Positions 19,199 through 29,513 of a stretch of DNA of 64,000 nt are shown in pieces; position 1 is the first letter of the stretch; each line of letters opens with the position of its first letter. Below the pieces are notes generated by a model that saw only the letters and a program-made list of their open reading frames with translations, made no database searches and was not told the DNA's origin. The stretch comes from a virus: positions 64,001 to 128,000 of IMG/VR virus record IMGVR_UViG_3300027747_003534; one strand, given 5' to 3'. The position numbers and the translations under genes were made by a program.

Positions 19199-22100
19199 AT
19201 GAGTAGTTGTTACATATTCAATAAATCATTATTAGAAAGTGTTAATTATAGTCAAGCTACTATTAATACCACAGCGTTATCTGCACTAATACCTGCTTTT
19301 GATAGCAGTACTAGTGGACTTTGGTTACCTATCATTATATCTTCTTCAACATTATCAGATGTTGATTTTTTAATACAACCAAAAAGTAATCCTTCACAAG
19401 TATCATTCGATCCCACAAACTGTACAGATGCTAGTAGCTATGATTATGACACATTACAATTAGATGCTTCTTTTAATTGTTCATATTGTAATAATTTTTT
19501 GACACCAGATTATAAGGCAACTTGGAATCTGACAGATGCCGATGGTGCCTCCAAGGGTCCTTTTACATCTGATTGTTCAAGTGGGGCCTGTGATACAAGA
19601 ATGAGGAAAGATGATTATTTACAAAAAATACCAATACTGAACCAAAATTATTTGAATAAATTTTTTGATTTCAAGTATCTTAAACAATTCCCAGCAGCAT
19701 CAAATCCTGGATTAGGTTTTGGTTCATTTATAACATTTCCTCAAAATTCTTTAACTAGCATATTTTCCCAATCTCCACAACTAATAATAGATTGGAGAAT
19801 AAAAGAAACTATTGATGAAATACCATACGATTTATCAACCTCTCAATATAATTCACAGTATGATCATGACAAAGCTTATAATAAAGCCAAATATTTATCT
19901 CAAACATGTGGTAATTTTATACATAGAAGTTCTTTAAATGAATCAGAATCAAATATTAATAAATTACTACCAGATGTTGATAACTTTATAACTCCATATG
20001 GTTTTGATAAAGATACTTACCATAATATTTTTATTAAAACAAAAAAAGTAGCATCTTATTGGAAATGGAATTATAATTCTGGTGTTTTATGCTGGTATAG
20101 ATATTTTGATACAAATAAAACTTCGGATACTAGACCAATAAAAGGTGTTGATTTATATATTTCTCCTGGAGATGTTTTTTATGCAACGAATGACGGACCA
20201 GAACCAAATAATACTATAACAGAATTTGATAGTGCTTCAAATGCAATTAAACCATGTCCCTCCGGATTAAAAATTATAAAAGCATCAGGAGTAGCTGAAA
20301 TTATTCCATCAGGATCAGCATTTACCTACATATCTGCTAATATATATTCTAAATTTAGGTCTATTTATAATAGAATAAATAAAGCTGTGAGCGCTGATGG
20401 CTCTAGTAAAACAGTACAACAAAAATTTGATTTGGCGGCTTTGTTGGCAACAGCTCCAGAATATGATGAAATAACAGTTGATTTAACAAAAAGGAATGCA
20501 TCATATTCATATATAATTAATAATTATTTTCAAATTTCCGGATTAAATATAGATATGTTATCTGGTACTGAGTATGGATCAGTCGGTAAACTTAACTATA
20601 TTAAAAACTCTGGAGATTTAATTAATACATTAGCAAATAAATATGGGGCCTATCTATGGTGTCCTCATAATACCACATCTACTATACAATTATCTAATAA
20701 TATTAATCATCAATGTTTAATAGATTTAGATTTCGACGTTGTTGCTTCAATATCTGATGTGAAAATGAGCTCAAATACTTGTACGCCAACAACAGACTGT
20801 ACCGCTAATACATTGCAAAAGAATTTTAGCTATTCTCAAAAGTTTGTTGTAGGAAATGTCACATTTGAATCTCGTTTAAATACAGGTACCCAATATAAAG
20901 CTGTTTGTAAAAATAATGCTATGGTAAAAACAAATAGTATTCAAACAGCAGGGTTACTATTAAATAGTAGTACAATAAAAGAGGTTCCCTATAATAGTGG
21001 TTGTTATACTTTTTCAGATAATTATCCAAGAATACTCGTAAATGGACAAACTCCTGCAAATAGCTGTTGTAATAACTATAATGATTCGGATAACTATCCA
21101 TGTAATTTTTGTGATCCAGATAGTACGTATTATTTACCAAATGTCAAGGCAAATAAGATATGCACAGAATATACTGGTAATGACAGCTGGTGCGATCAAA
21201 GATCTGCTTTTGGAGATAGGCCCGCTAGGAATATTCAAAACAATACCTTATATTATAAACGGTCTTATCCTGCTGCTGCATTTAATCCGCATCTTGACTA
21301 TGTTGCTTTTCATCATCAAGGAGGAGTATTTTTTAAAAATAACTTATTTGGTGACAACATTAGCGGAACAACAGCATTCGGTAGTAACTCATTATTTAAT
21401 GATACCAATGGAGGTATTTGTAAGCTAGAATTTACAACTAGTAATGTTGGTATTAAGATATATTCTTTAAAAATAGAAAAATTAAGAGGTAGCTCATCAG
21501 ATAGCGCTGGTTGTAGAGCATTCCCCATATCTAATAAATGTAAATGTTTTAATATGTTAAAGGTGACTGATTTTCCTTATAGATGCGGTTCTTCACAAAT
21601 AACATATGGAGCTGGTAGTATATATACCCCTAATCTTTCTACACAATTTAGTCCACCAGTTAAAGCCTATGGCGGATATTCATTAAATGATATTAATAAA
21701 TTGTTAGGAGGAGGAGAAATTTCAAGTCAAATTGCTGCTCTGAAAAAAGAAATTAATAATTTAAGCGAAACTATAAAATTTATGGAATTAGCTGGATTAT
21801 CAATAGATAAAGATGGAACAACTCTTGAGTCATATAAAAATGATAGAACATCAAAAAGAAGTACATTAAATGGCCTAACTCAAGCCTTAGCTGAATTTAG
21901 AATTCCCGGCCACCCTGAACCAGAAAATATTTTATCTTCAGCAAGTAAATATATTGATCCTATTTACCCATATGGGAAAAGTAGATCCGTAACAGCTACA
22001 TTAAATAATTATGTTACAACATATTATAATATAACTTTACCATCTTATAATACTGTTCATTCAGATATTTGGGCTGAAATTATAGAAGATATAGATTTAT

Positions 22101-25100
22101 TCAAACCTACTATACTTAATGAGTATTTTGAAATTACAGGAATGATTCCAATTGGAAATGAAGAAGGAATTCCGATTATCGAAGGAGGAGCTTCTCCTAA
22201 TCTGGGCTACCAAAGATTTGCAAATGAAGTTATAATTGATAATACAACATTATATTCTAAACAGAAAAAAAATATAGCTTCAAAAGGAAATACTTTTTCT
22301 AATACTGTATCTATATCTATAACTAATCCATATCTTGAAGCATTAGCGTCTAGATACGAACTATATCCTCCTTTTGGTAGTTTTTGTCAAAAAAATATTT
22401 TTGCATCAAGAGGGGATGAGACATCTTCTGTTTCTATAAAGTTTTATAAAATACCACGAAAACAAATTTTAAATTTTTATATCAAAAAGCCAAAATCTCT
22501 TGGAGTTTTGAAAAAGGGATTTTTTCATCCTAATAAAGGCCTAACTTCTGACTCTAGCTATACAGATAAAACCCCTATTATTCAATATGATACATATAAT
22601 TATATTATAGACTATGATAAAGATAATTTTTCTCCAAGTGCTCAATATAGCACGAGTGGAATTGTATTATATGGAGAAATGAATGATACTATACGAAGAA
22701 CCATAAGTCAGATTAATGATTTTGATAATCATAGAAAATTAAGACTATATTTATTTATTAATAATGGATGGTATGAATACAGCATTCCAAATATAGGAGG
22801 ATTTTATAACAATAATAATTTAAGTATAGGTCCACCATTTGTATTTGAATATTTAAATAATGAAAAAGATACAACAGCAATAGGTCCTTGGTTGCCAGCA
22901 GTTCCTAAAAAAAATATTGATTTTAATTTTATTTACAATTATCCTATAAAAAATATTGATGATCCAAATTTAATTTTTATTAATAATAAGTACTTACTAA
23001 AAATTAGCAAAAATACAAATAATGCTAAACAAATAATATTAGAGGGAGTAAGACCATATTTTTATATTGCCGAAAAAGATTCTGCTACTACTATTGCTAG
23101 TTCTACCATTGAAAATATGACTTCTGATGAGCAAGAGTCTATAACGTATAGCAATCCTGAAATTAAATTAGGTGATGGATTAAGATATAGATATATTGAT
23201 GGTCCTAAAAACCAAGCAAGTTCTTATATTTTTTCTGATTATAATTATTTATATACTAATTTTAGCGATCTACATATTGACTATACTTCAGCTAATCAAT
23301 TAGGATATGTATATAATACTAAAAAATTATGCAACCAAGAGATAGTAATAGTTGATGCTTCAAAGCCTAGTAAACAATATGTGGGTAAAATAATAGAAAA
23401 AAATATTTATGCACATGTTGTTGATCGATATGGCAATAGAATAAAATCAAGTAGTTCATCTAAAGATCAATATATCAAAATATATACTGAACTAGTATTA
23501 GAGAATAATTTACGATATGATACTGCATATTTAGATTTTAATAGGCTATACCAAAATGACCAAAGCGCTGATGGTATGGATTCTTTCCTTGTTTTTAAGG
23601 ATTTAAAGTCTTCATTGGGTCTTAAAAAAGAGACAGATCATGTTTTATATAATCCTATTATAGAAACTAAGTGGGGAGACTTGATAGGTTTTGATGACCG
23701 AAAACAGATTAATGAAATTACTAGCTATATATATAATAATAATTATTTAAATCAATTCTATCCTTCTTCGCCATATCTTAATCATTTTTATAAAACAATC
23801 ATTAATAATGCTAATTATTCTAATCATAATTTTTTATTAAAAACCTCAAATAGTAATATTAATTTATCTACGACGGGGCTAGTTTACTATACTATTCATC
23901 AAAAATATAATGTAGACTACTATAAAGATTTAGCTAGATATGACTATTTACCTATAAATAATTATCTGCCCTTTATAGATATTAATATTTTGCCTAATCC
24001 TGGTGAAAGTAGTAATACTATTAGAAGTACTATAAATTCTTCTTTTAATTTTACCAATAATAAATTATGGTCTGGGATAATTAATATTAGTGGAATATAT
24101 ACAAATTTAGAAAGTAATCATGATTGGGCGGGTTATTTATCTCCAAGAGCAAATCAAAAAGAATATTTTTGGATTAACTTAGATTCACAAAATAAACTAA
24201 AATCATCCTTAACATTACAAAGTTCGGTTGGAGGTTTTTATTCTAATACATTAAGAATTAATGATACTCCTCTTCAATTGACGTCTATTACTTATAGCGG
24301 AAGTAATCTTCCAAGTACTCCCACTGATGGATGTAGACAAATGTTTAGGGCAGGAGGTATTACTTTGGGTGATATTACTATTCCTAACAATTCTGTATTC
24401 GATTTTAGTCATTTTACAAGTTCGTCTACTGGAGGAGGTACTTTTGCAAGGTATCCTGTTTATTGTGATTCTGATACTCTTACTGGTTGTGATAGTAAAA
24501 CATGCGGCATTAGTACTGTTGGTTGGGATAGTTTCTCATCAACATACACAGCATATACCCCTAAACAATTATCAATATCAGATATTGCAAAAAAAAATGA
24601 TATTCCATATATTTTATCATATGATGGAGGATTTTATAATCCAATAGGGAATAGTGGAGTTAATTATATTCAAAGATTTGAACTTAATCCAGATAGTACC
24701 TTATTTCAAGAGTCATTATGTAACTCTACAAATATTCCAAGACCAAATGATGCTAAAGTTTCTGTTTTAAATGAAGAATATCAAAGCATGCTTTCTTCTA
24801 GTATAGTTACTGATCATACAGCTCTTGTAAATAATACAGATACTTTAGCTAATGAGATGTTGTTTCGTCTAATATATGGAGAACAACAAAAAATTAATTT
24901 AGAAAGAATAGATAATTTAAGTGATTATATTAAAAATAAAGATTTATACAAGTATATAGAGCCAGAAATTGAAGCTAAAGATATATACAAAAATATACCA
25001 TATGATTTAGATAATACAGCCGATTGTTCTGATCGTAAAATAAATGGATCTATATCTATAGATGGTATTTTAGCATTAAATAAACAGGTTGATGTTACTA

Positions 25101-25999
25101 TTGGTAATGTAGATATGCAATTTAGAATAGAAAAAGATGATAATGGAATAGTTAATATTAGACTATATTGTTCGTCATTATCTGCTGGATATATAGATTC
25201 AAAAATTTATGAAGAAAGAACTACTGGAACTAGTCTTATAGTGGCAGATAGTGTTGTAAGTGGACCTGGAATTACCCAAGTAGCAACCTGTACAGAAAGA
25301 GGCCAGTTTGGCTTGACTCTTTCAAAAGCAATAACTTCGGCTACTGTTACTAATACTCTTGATTGTAGTAAGCCACCGCAACTAACCGCAACAGCTGAGT
25401 TTCCAATAGAATTAAGTGATTATGCGTGTTCTGGTACTAATTACCCTGGAGATCCAACTAGAGGTTGCATCTGCGAAAGGGGTTTACCAATATATTATTC
25501 AAGTCATCAAGCTTGTTCTGACAGAAATGATTTTTCTTATGATTATCCGGTCAATAGAGGAGTTGGTCCGTCTGTTGCTGTTGGAACAGAATTTACTAGT
25601 ACAGAAACTACTATTATGGTTGGTGACGGCGACAAGAGCAGAGGAGTTTTTAATAGGTGCTTTAATGGATCCACGTCTCTACTTAATTGCGGAGTAAATA
25701 CAAATCTTGGAGGTATAGAAGATATTCCTAAAACTACCGCTGTTAAGGATTATACACCAAGTTTTGATTCTTCATCGGGTGACAGCGACACATCCTGTCA
25801 TTCAATTGACGACGCTCGATTTAGTCCTTTTGGAGTTTTTTATCCTCCAAACCCAGGATCTACTGCAGATGCTTGTGAGTGTCAAGATTATACATATGGA
25901 TATTGTAGACGTGGTAGTTGCGCAGGAATTTCAACGTTTCCTTACTCTTTTGAATATTGTAGACATTCTATAACTTTAATGGGATATAAAAAAAGATAA
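19199..25999 (+). CDS. Giant Cys-rich virion-associated protein (hypothetical)
   Basis: ORF track starts at 19163 (GTG), but the ATG at 19199, just after the upstream stop, is more likely. About 2266 aa with many Cys clusters. Confidence 0.55.
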   Translation: MSSCYIFNKSLLESVNYSQATINTTALSALIPAFDSSTSGLWLPIIISSSTLSDVDFLIQPKSNPSQVSFDPTNCTDASSYDYDTLQLDASFNCSYCNNFLTPDYKATWNLTDADGASKGPFTSDCSSGACDTRMRKDDYLQKIPILNQNYLNKFFDFKYLKQFPAASNPGLGFGSFITFPQNSLTSIFSQSPQLIIDWRIKETIDEIPYDLSTSQYNSQYDHDKAYNKAKYLSQTCGNFIHRSSLNESESNINKLLPDVDNFITPYGFDKDTYHNIFIKTKKVASYWKWNYNSGVLCWYRYFDTNKTSDTRPIKGVDLYISPGDVFYATNDGPEPNNTITEFDSASNAIKPCPSGLKIIKASGVAEIIPSGSAFTYISANIYSKFRSIYNRINKAVSADGSSKTVQQKFDLAALLATAPEYDEITVDLTKRNASYSYIINNYFQISGLNIDMLSGTEYGSVGKLNYIKNSGDLINTLANKYGAYLWCPHNTTSTIQLSNNINHQCLIDLDFDVVASISDVKMSSNTCTPTTDCTANTLQKNFSYSQKFVVGNVTFESRLNTGTQYKAVCKNNAMVKTNSIQTAGLLLNSSTIKEVPYNSGCYTFSDNYPRILVNGQTPANSCCNNYNDSDNYPCNFCDPDSTYYLPNVKANKICTEYTGNDSWCDQRSAFGDRPARNIQNNTLYYKRSYPAAAFNPHLDYVAFHHQGGVFFKNNLFGDNISGTTAFGSNSLFNDTNGGICKLEFTTSNVGIKIYSLKIEKLRGSSSDSAGCRAFPISNKCKCFNMLKVTDFPYRCGSSQITYGAGSIYTPNLSTQFSPPVKAYGGYSLNDINKLLGGGEISSQIAALKKEINNLSETIKFMELAGLSIDKDGTTLESYKNDRTSKRSTLNGLTQALAEFRIPGHPEPENILSSASKYIDPIYPYGKSRSVTATLNNYVTTYYNITLPSYNTVHSDIWAEIIEDIDLFKPTILNEYFEITGMIPIGNEEGIPIIEGGASPNLGYQRFANEVIIDNTTLYSKQKKNIASKGNTFSNTVSISITNPYLEALASRYELYPPFGSFCQKNIFASRGDETSSVSIKFYKIPRKQILNFYIKKPKSLGVLKKGFFHPNKGLTSDSSYTDKTPIIQYDTYNYIIDYDKDNFSPSAQYSTSGIVLYGEMNDTIRRTISQINDFDNHRKLRLYLFINNGWYEYSIPNIGGFYNNNNLSIGPPFVFEYLNNEKDTTAIGPWLPAVPKKNIDFNFIYNYPIKNIDDPNLIFINNKYLLKISKNTNNAKQIILEGVRPYFYIAEKDSATTIASSTIENMTSDEQESITYSNPEIKLGDGLRYRYIDGPKNQASSYIFSDYNYLYTNFSDLHIDYTSANQLGYVYNTKKLCNQEIVIVDASKPSKQYVGKIIEKNIYAHVVDRYGNRIKSSSSSKDQYIKIYTELVLENNLRYDTAYLDFNRLYQNDQSADGMDSFLVFKDLKSSLGLKKETDHVLYNPIIETKWGDLIGFDDRKQINEITSYIYNNNYLNQFYPSSPYLNHFYKTIINNANYSNHNFLLKTSNSNINLSTTGLVYYTIHQKYNVDYYKDLARYDYLPINNYLPFIDINILPNPGESSNTIRSTINSSFNFTNNKLWSGIINISGIYTNLESNHDWAGYLSPRANQKEYFWINLDSQNKLKSSLTLQSSVGGFYSNTLRINDTPLQLTSITYSGSNLPSTPTDGCRQMFRAGGITLGDITIPNNSVFDFSHFTSSSTGGGTFARYPVYCDSDTLTGCDSKTCGISTVGWDSFSSTYTAYTPKQLSISDIAKKNDIPYILSYDGGFYNPIGNSGVNYIQRFELNPDSTLFQESLCNSTNIPRPNDAKVSVLNEEYQSMLSSSIVTDHTALVNNTDTLANEMLFRLIYGEQQKINLERIDNLSDYIKNKDLYKYIEPEIEAKDIYKNIPYDLDNTADCSDRKINGSISIDGILALNKQVDVTIGNVDMQFRIEKDDNGIVNIRLYCSSLSAGYIDSKIYEERTTGTSLIVADSVVSGPGITQVATCTERGQFGLTLSKAITSATVTNTLDCSKPPQLTATAEFPIELSDYACSGTNYPGDPTRGCICERGLPIYYSSHQACSDRNDFSYDYPVNRGVGPSVAVGTEFTSTETTIMVGDGDKSRGVFNRCFNGSTSLLNCGVNTNLGGIEDIPKTTAVKDYTPSFDSSSGDSDTSCHSIDDARFSPFGVFYPPNPGSTADACECQDYTYGYCRRGSCAGISTFPYSFEYCRHSITLMGYKKR

Positions 26000-26002
26000 A
26001 TT

Positions 26003-27115
26003 ATGAGTAGCGTATCTTTTACAGAAAAATGCATATGGAGTTTCAATCAATCATCTCCAGCCAAAACTTATTATATACATAAAGCAATAACAACAACAAA
26101 TAATCCAAATTATACTCCGTCATGTTCTCAAAAATTATGCGATATAACATATGATAATAATAAAATAACCGTTATTATGGGAGGAGGTAAAAAGGTCTGT
26201 ATACCAATTACTATTACAAATTCTTGTCCGTCTATTATTGTTAAAATTCCTAATGATACTTTCTCTGTTGTTGATTCTATTGATAGCGAATGTTCTAATG
26301 ATAGTATAGTATCAGATTCTGCTACAACTAGTGATTTTCATCCTAATTGGGAAATAATTACAGAAACTAGAACATGTGTACTTGGATATTTTTTGATAGG
26401 AGGTAATCCAAATTCAAATGGCCCAATGCCTAATATAGGAGGATGTATTCGTTGTCCTGGTTCGTCTCAATCAGGTGATCAGTGTGCTCCGCTTTGCGAC
26501 AGAGAGTGTGGTTATGGTAATTGTGGAGCATCGGGGGATGGGTCTAGACCATGGCATGTTTATATTGGTAGAACAGAAGTAGCTTTTCCAGTAGAAACAT
26601 CAAATGCGGAAGTCAATGCTCTTCTTGGGTCGCAATGGAGAAGTAATATGAAGCAGCTATTTGATAATATAGCAGCATGTAAGAATACAATTCCTGGAAA
26701 TATTCCCAATGAGGAACTTTTGCTTAATGATCCTAGAGTATATTCTGTAAATGATATAGTAGAAGGAATAGTACCAGGAACATGCAAGTTAGGTTCTGCA
26801 ACACTAGAATACGATGCAACTATGTATAGAGCAACTGATACTGGTGCTATTTCAGCAGCTACTAAAGTTTATGTTGAAGTGGCATACTATACCTATGACT
26901 ATAGACGTCCTAAAAATATTCAAGATATTTTAAAAACAGAAGAGATAACAAAAAAATGTAATGAGAAATCTTCTCAATGCGATACGTCATTGAGAATAAC
27001 CTCTAATTATAAGAATATATCTTGCAATAATACGCCATCATGTTATGATACTAGTACTACTAAATGTCCTGATGATCAATATTGCTGTAGAGCTAATAAA
27101 ATAGAATTTTTATGA
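26003..27115 (+). CDS. Cys-rich hypothetical protein, in frame with the preceding giant ORF
   Basis: 370 aa, separated from the previous ORF only by TAA-ATT. Confidence 0.6.
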   Translation: MSSVSFTEKCIWSFNQSSPAKTYYIHKAITTTNNPNYTPSCSQKLCDITYDNNKITVIMGGGKKVCIPITITNSCPSIIVKIPNDTFSVVDSIDSECSNDSIVSDSATTSDFHPNWEIITETRTCVLGYFLIGGNPNSNGPMPNIGGCIRCPGSSQSGDQCAPLCDRECGYGNCGASGDGSRPWHVYIGRTEVAFPVETSNAEVNALLGSQWRSNMKQLFDNIAACKNTIPGNIPNEELLLNDPRVYSVNDIVEGIVPGTCKLGSATLEYDATMYRATDTGAISAATKVYVEVAYYTYDYRRPKNIQDILKTEEITKKCNEKSSQCDTSLRITSNYKNISCNNTPSCYDTSTTKCPDDQYCCRANKIEFL

Positions 27116-27573
27116 TAAACTCCACATACTGCGAACTAAAACCATTAAATAGTTATTATAATAATAAACCATTATATAAGTGTGACTATTGTGGACTAAC
27201 TGTTGGGTTAGAGAATCCAGAAACACAAATCTTATGTTTCAAAAAAATGGAGGATATATCTACCTTAATACATAATGTTCATAATAATCAAAATAAAAAT
27301 GATATTTTTCATATTGATGATAAAGGATCTTTAAAGGATAGTATTTTAGAAAAAATTGAAAAAACCTCTCTGGTAAAGGAAAATGACAAGAATATTTGTT
27401 CACAGGAACAAATTGAGCAGCGACTGAGCATTTGTAAAGGGTGTGAATATTATAGGGATGACTCTTGTTTATTATGTGGCTGTGTCGTTGTTAGAGACTC
27501 AAACTATCAAAACAAATTAGCCCATAAGGATCAAAAATGTCCGGCAGATAAGTGGGGCGTTATCGTAGATTAG
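27112..27573 (+). CDS. Small Cys-rich metal-binding protein (DUF6171-like C-terminus)
   Basis: CDYCG motif plus RLSICKGC..C.LCGC..K.....CP..KW pattern. ATGA overlap with the previous gene. Confidence 0.55.
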   Translation: MINSTYCELKPLNSYYNNKPLYKCDYCGLTVGLENPETQILCFKKMEDISTLIHNVHNNQNKNDIFHIDDKGSLKDSILEKIEKTSLVKENDKNICSQEQIEQRLSICKGCEYYRDDSCLLCGCVVVRDSNYQNKLAHKDQKCPADKWGVIVD

Positions 27574-28526
27574 TTTTCAAACTTAAATCTAGATATTTCC
27601 TGCGGGCTTTGATATAATATTGCTAAGCATTTTATTTCTTCAAATTTATTTCCTATTTTTAGCCTGACCAGAACAGGAACTCTATTATTGCCTGTCCAAG
27701 ATCTATAAAAATGCACATATACAGTAAAAAAACCATTTGGAGCATATCCTTTGGGCCAGAATATATTTTCTACAGGGTTATTTACTAACATGCCACCATT
27801 AGCATTTCTATCCACATCTAACATACCATTAGATATTCTGCCAATTCTATTAGTCCAATTTATATTGTCTGTAGATCCATTTCCTGGAGTATATACAACA
27901 TGTAAATCTATATCATCTGTGGTATTCCACATTATAGATATTTGAACATCTCCAGTCTTAGCACCAGCGCCAGCCAGTCTTCTGCTAAATTCATCTCCAA
28001 TACCAGCATTATTTTCTGCTAATGAAGTATTTATTGAAGTTCTAATATTATCAATAAGATTATTTATATTACCAGAAGAATTTGTCTCTACAAAATCATC
28101 ATCATTTTTATCAGATCCAGGCCCCACAAAACTTAAAAGATCTTTTTCATGTATCTCTGGCTCTGCACTATTATTCTCACTAGTTTCTTCCAGATTAACA
28201 GACAAGTCAACTAAATTAGTAGATGTTATTTTATTGACGTCTATTTTCTCATATTCTTCAACTAAACTTACTTTTTCTTTAACTATCTCTATAGGATCTC
28301 TAATTTTGTCTAAAGAAACAATTTCATTATCATTATTCGAGGTGAAAGATAGTACTATCTTAATAGGCTTGGTTATGTTATCTGTACTAGTTATTAATGA
28401 TAGAATTAATAGTAAAATAGTATGATACAGTGTACTTTGCCACAGACCACACTCATAGCCATATATTATGCTTCGATTCCAACCCGTTATGTTTTTTCCG
28501 CATTGTTTTTTTGCCATTTGTGCCAA
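27570..28526 (-). CDS. Membrane-anchored protein with YfaP/DUF2135-like C-terminal domain
   Basis: N-terminal TM helix STLYHTILLLILSLI, acidic linker, then DVQISIMWNTTDDIDLHV...LDVDRN...PVENIFW...VYVHFY. Confidence 0.6.
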   Translation of the reverse strand: MAQMAKKQCGKNITGWNRSIIYGYECGLWQSTLYHTILLLILSLITSTDNITKPIKIVLSFTSNNDNEIVSLDKIRDPIEIVKEKVSLVEEYEKIDVNKITSTNLVDLSVNLEETSENNSAEPEIHEKDLLSFVGPGSDKNDDDFVETNSSGNINNLIDNIRTSINTSLAENNAGIGDEFSRRLAGAGAKTGDVQISIMWNTTDDIDLHVVYTPGNGSTDNINWTNRIGRISNGMLDVDRNANGGMLVNNPVENIFWPKGYAPNGFFTVYVHFYRSWTGNNRVPVLVRLKIGNKFEEIKCLAILYQSPQEISRFKFEN

Positions 28527-28819
28527 CCGTTATTTGGTAACCAATTATTTTCATCGTCTTTTCTTTTTGGGAAAAGTGTGCCACCCTTTTTATGCTGACC
28601 AAATGCCAGCACCGCACCACAATCATTGCATCTCAATTCATAGTAGTCATTACTATCAACATTTCTCACAATAAATCTTAAATTATCCTTTTTACATGAC
28701 CCGCATTTATCCTCAGAAAAAATTTCCTGTATTATAGCTAATTCTTTAAATACTTCTTTTTGTCCAGAGCCCTCTAATTCAAATTGAAGCTTATCACTAG
28801 CCTTGTATGTTATTTTCAT
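28487..28819 (-). CDS. Hypothetical zinc-ribbon protein
   Basis: 110 aa with CGSC...CNDC. Confidence 0.65.
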   Translation of the reverse strand: MKITYKASDKLQFELEGSGQKEVFKELAIIQEIFSEDKCGSCKKDNLRFIVRNVDSNDYYELRCNDCGAVLAFGQHKKGGTLFPKRKDDENNWLPNNGWHKWQKNNAEKT

Positions 28820-28822
28820 AAA

Positions 28823-29512
28823 TTATTTCCACTTATTATCATAGCCCATTAAATCTTGAGGAATGCTTGACATATCTTGTTGATAAGATGTCAATTGCTG
28901 AATTACTTTCACAGCATCCTCATGACTTATATTATATACGTTAGCTTCTGATACGTCAAGCGATTTTATTAAAGAAATCACATTAATATTTAGTCTTTGA
29001 GCAATTACATCAATAAAATTTACTTGATTGATACTGATCTTTGATACAGAATCGGAGTCTGGGTGGTCGTCTACATTTGCTGCTAACTCTTCTGCTGCTA
29101 CCACTTTACGAAGTTTTAATGCTCTTCTTAAGGCCCTACCCTCAGCCCTAGTCTCTGCAACAGCAACGGGATAATTACGATATATCTTATCACAATTGCC
29201 CCAAAAAACATCAGCAGCACCACTCACTGTAATACCAATATCGGTTTGATCTATAAGATAAACCAGAGTATGAACTACTGTTGCTCTTTTCTCATTATCT
29301 GGAGACGGAGACTGAACAACATCACTAGTGGATTGAATCATTCTGCAATTTAAAGCTTTTTCAAATATCCTACGTAATCCGTCTGTTGTTGGATTTCCTG
29401 CTATTTTTTCATCATCACAAAGCATACTCAAAACATGATCTGTCCACCCGGTATCGTTAGGTGATACAGGCTTCTGTTCTTCAGTTTCGGGAGTTTTCTT
29501 TTCCTTGACCAT
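28823..29512 (-). CDS. Putative Rad52/Sak-like single-strand annealing protein
   Basis: ATVVHTL..VSGAAD..AVAETRAEGRALRRAL..AAEEL resembles Rad52/Sak-family motifs. ATG at 29512 preferred over TTG at 29527. Confidence 0.4.
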   Translation of the reverse strand: MVKEKKTPETEEQKPVSPNDTGWTDHVLSMLCDDEKIAGNPTTDGLRRIFEKALNCRMIQSTSDVVQSPSPDNEKRATVVHTLVYLIDQTDIGITVSGAADVFWGNCDKIYRNYPVAVAETRAEGRALRRALKLRKVVAAEELAANVDDHPDSDSVSKISINQVNFIDVIAQRLNINVISLIKSLDVSEANVYNISHEDAVKVIQQLTSYQQDMSSIPQDLMGYDNKWK

Positions 29513-29513
29513 T

